Part shown: one piece after another, positions 61,327 to 64,000 of the stretch
Layout of the letters: each line of letters begins with the position of its first letter
How positions within the stretch are numbered: position 1 is the stretch's first letter
NCBI RefSeq assembly: GCF_964213995.1
Contig: NC_135818.1
Location: 61,690,001-61,754,000, forward strand
Reading direction: 5' to 3'
DNA from: Mustelus asterias
Lineage: Eukaryota
Length of the DNA stretch: 64,000 bases
Notes under the pieces: model-generated
What the model was told of the DNA's origin: nothing
The model's input: the letters and a program-made list of their open reading frames with translations, nothing else
The model's database searches: none
Program-made: the position numbers and the translations under genes

Positions 61327-61859
61327 GTAGTGTTTTGGCCAAAACCCGGCCTTCCTGATTCTGGTCATGAAGCCATACTGATTCTCCTGGCTGGAGTTCT
61401 GGTAAATCAGGTCCTCTATGACATTGAGTATGGTTTCTGCTTTGAGTTGCACGACACCCATCTCTTTCTCTCTATGTATCTGCTGCTTTGATATCTGGAA
61501 TGAGTGCGTGTGGAAGAGCAGTTTGAATCATTTCTCTTGCTGCTTTTACCAGTTGCTGGATTCTTTATTTGGTGATTTTCCTGTCATCTTTTCTGCTGTC
61601 ACCATCTATTATCATTGGTGTGGATCTTAAATGATGTTGTCCATGGTCAGGATTAATAGAGACCGCTGGAGTCAATGCTGTGGTAAACTTTACCATATAT
61701 TAAACATTCTACTCACTCAATGCAAGGTTCAGCATGAGGTTTCACATAGAACTATCTCTCATTCCATTGTAATGTGCTCTTACAACTGATGATCCACCAC
61801 TGTCCAAATATTTAACCTTACACTTTTACAGTACAAAATTGAAACCATCTTTTCTGGTT

Positions 61860-62500
61860 TTGTTGTCTACCTGATACGCTGCAGGAAAGGATGTCCCGAG
61901 GCGTGGTACATTGGCGAGACCATGCAGACACTACGACAACGATAAACGGACATCATGCGACAATCGCCAGGCAAGAGTGTTCCCTTCCAGTCAGGGAACA
62001 CTTCAGTAGTCAAGGGTATTCAGCCTTCGATCTTCGGGTAAGCGTTCTCCAAGGCGGCCTTCAAGACACATGACAAAGCAGAATCGCCAAGCAGAAACTG
62101 ATAGCCAAGTTCTGCACGCATGAGGATGGCCTCAACCAGGATCTTGGGTTCATGTCACACTACACATAACTCCCACCATTTGACCTAGGCTTGCAAAATC
62201 CGACTAACTGTCCTGGCTTGAGACAATTCACACCTCTTTAACCTATGACTTTCCCTCTCTCCGCTCGCACAGTCTGTACCTGTAAAGACTTGATTACCTG
62301 CAAAGACTCGCATTCCAACCATTATCTTGCAATTGTGTCTTTGCCTATATGTGCCATGTTTGTTAACTTACCTCTCCACTCACCTGATGAAGGGGCAGCG
62401 CTCTGAAAGCTCATGGTTCCAAATAAACCTGTTGGACTTTAACCTGGTGTAAGACTTCTTACTGTGCCCACCCCAGTCCAACACCAGCATCTCCACGTCA
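61860..62500 (+). mobile_element. Penelope-like element 3' part (family of the 24.1-25.0 kb palindrome), with GIY-YIG and hammerhead motif (62381-62415)
   Basis: VVYLIRCRKGCPEAWYIGETMQTLRQRINGH..SVLQGGLQDT; CAC-CTGATGA..GAAAGCTC. Confidence 0.9.
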
Positions 62501-63036
62501 TCTTTTCTGGCCAGTCTCTGTGCATCCCCAATAGACATCTGACGCTCACTGGTCTCATCTAGAGCCTTAAGGCCCAATATTGGGTGCACCTTAAACCTGT
62601 CCATTCTGGACTGAACCGATTTCCAAACCTTCGACTCTTGTAAATCCTGTCATGTCAGCATCCAAACAAAAGACTTGTACTCACAATTTAGAAGTGATTT
62701 GACCAAAGTTGGAAATTCCTGCTCAACAAGCTTTCGGGCAGAGTAAACTTCACTTTTGATTAGGGCTTTGTTTAGGCAAAATCGAAGCTGTTTGGTTATC
62801 ATCAGCAACATTGGCACTGACTCTATCTACTTCCATACTGCTTCCTAGGCTGAGCTCAGTGGACCAGAGTGGTGCTTGCTGCCCAGAAATGGTCTGTATT
62901 CAAGGCCAGCTTCATCCTCATCCAGAATATTGTCCATTAAGCCTGCCATTGTTGGAGACTTGTTTACACCTTGATCATGGTGATAGATTGATTTTTTTAA
63001 TGCTCTCCCCACCAAACACCACACCTGTGTCAGGAG

Positions 63037-63423
63037 TCATAGAATCCCTACAGTGCAGAGGAGGCCATTGAGTCTGCACTGACTCTCTGGCAGAGTACCT
63101 TACCCAGGCCCTTTCCCCCACCCTATCCCCGTAGCCCCGTGGCTAATCCATCTAACATTTCCCATGGCTAATCCATCTAACCTACACACCTTTGGACACT
63201 AAGGGGCAATTTAGCATTGCCAATTGCCCTAACCTAAGGGGTAATTTGGCATGGCCAATCCACCTAACCTGCACATCTTTGGACTGTGGGAGGAAACTGG
63301 AGCACCCGGGGGAAACCCACGCAGACATGGGGAGAACGTGCAAACTCCACACAGTCATCCAAGGTCAGAATTGAACCCGGGTCCCTGGTGCTGTGAGACA
63401 GCAGTGCTAACCACTGTGCCACC
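63037..63423 (-). mobile_element. HE1 SINE with short internal duplications
   Basis: Full length; 'ggctaatccatctaac' occurs twice. Confidence 0.9.
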
Positions 63424-63868
63424 CTTCATCCTTACACCTTCATCATGGTGATTGATTTCTCTAATGCTTTCCCCACGAGACTCCATGCCTTCATTAGGAA
63501 TCCGGTAAGGACATATTCGTGGCACTCTGTGACGAGGTGTGTTTCATGCTAGAATCAGAGCATTAGAAAATAAGCTGTCTGCACTTGAGGCTGTAATGGA
63601 TTCAATCTGCTATTAGAAGGGAAATGCTATAATTTCATGCCTCACATGATGCGCTTTGTAAACTAATTTGAGCATAATAAAGTAGAGCAAGGATAAGGGG
63701 AATGCAGCAGTAAAATATCATATATGCATCAACAATATTTTAAAAAATCAGCATTGGGCTGGCAAAGTGGGTGCAAATTCCAAGTGCCCTCTAATCAAAT
63801 AGAAAAGATCCCAATCTGCTTCAATTTATAGAACAGCTTATACAACCCACAATAACCAGGAAAGAAAG

Positions 63869-64000
63869 TGTGGTAAACCACTGTTAGCTTATTACCTGTA
63901 TATGTGACATGCCTGGACATATCCCTACTGGCCCTACCTGAGACTCCTCCCCCCCCGGTCCAGGTATAAAGGCGACTGCTCCCCACCCCCCTGCCTCAGT
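63869..64000 (+). mobile_element. Start of an LTR related to 44796, truncated by the window edge
   Basis: Start 'tgtggtaaacca' and TATA 'ggtataaagg'. Confidence 0.6.

Overview
Eukaryotic, repeat-dense vertebrate DNA, almost certainly from a cartilaginous fish (shark): it carries many HE1-type tRNA-derived SINEs, CR1 and Rex1/Babar LINEs, Penelope-like elements (PLEs), and Harbinger-like TIR elements and MITEs. It also holds decayed Gypsy gag/pol, solo LTRs, and RTE and L2 fragments. Most ORFs in the track are transposon debris. The window looks intronic, with a few candidate small + strand exons of a gene I cannot identify, and a strong minus-strand bias of HE1/CR1 copies. The most unusual structures are: (1) a ~99% perfect 428-bp-arm palindrome with a 4-nt spacer, built from a PLE 3' end, with a minimal hammerhead ribozyme in each arm and a third just downstream; (2) a ~182-bp, ~98% identical direct repeat bracketing 3.8 kb of much older debris; (3) two short inverted copies of nearby loci pasted into one LINE; (4) an RTE with twin-priming-like geometry; (5) SINEs with exchanged 3' tails. 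Family names come from motif recall, not database searches, and boundaries of old elements are approximate.
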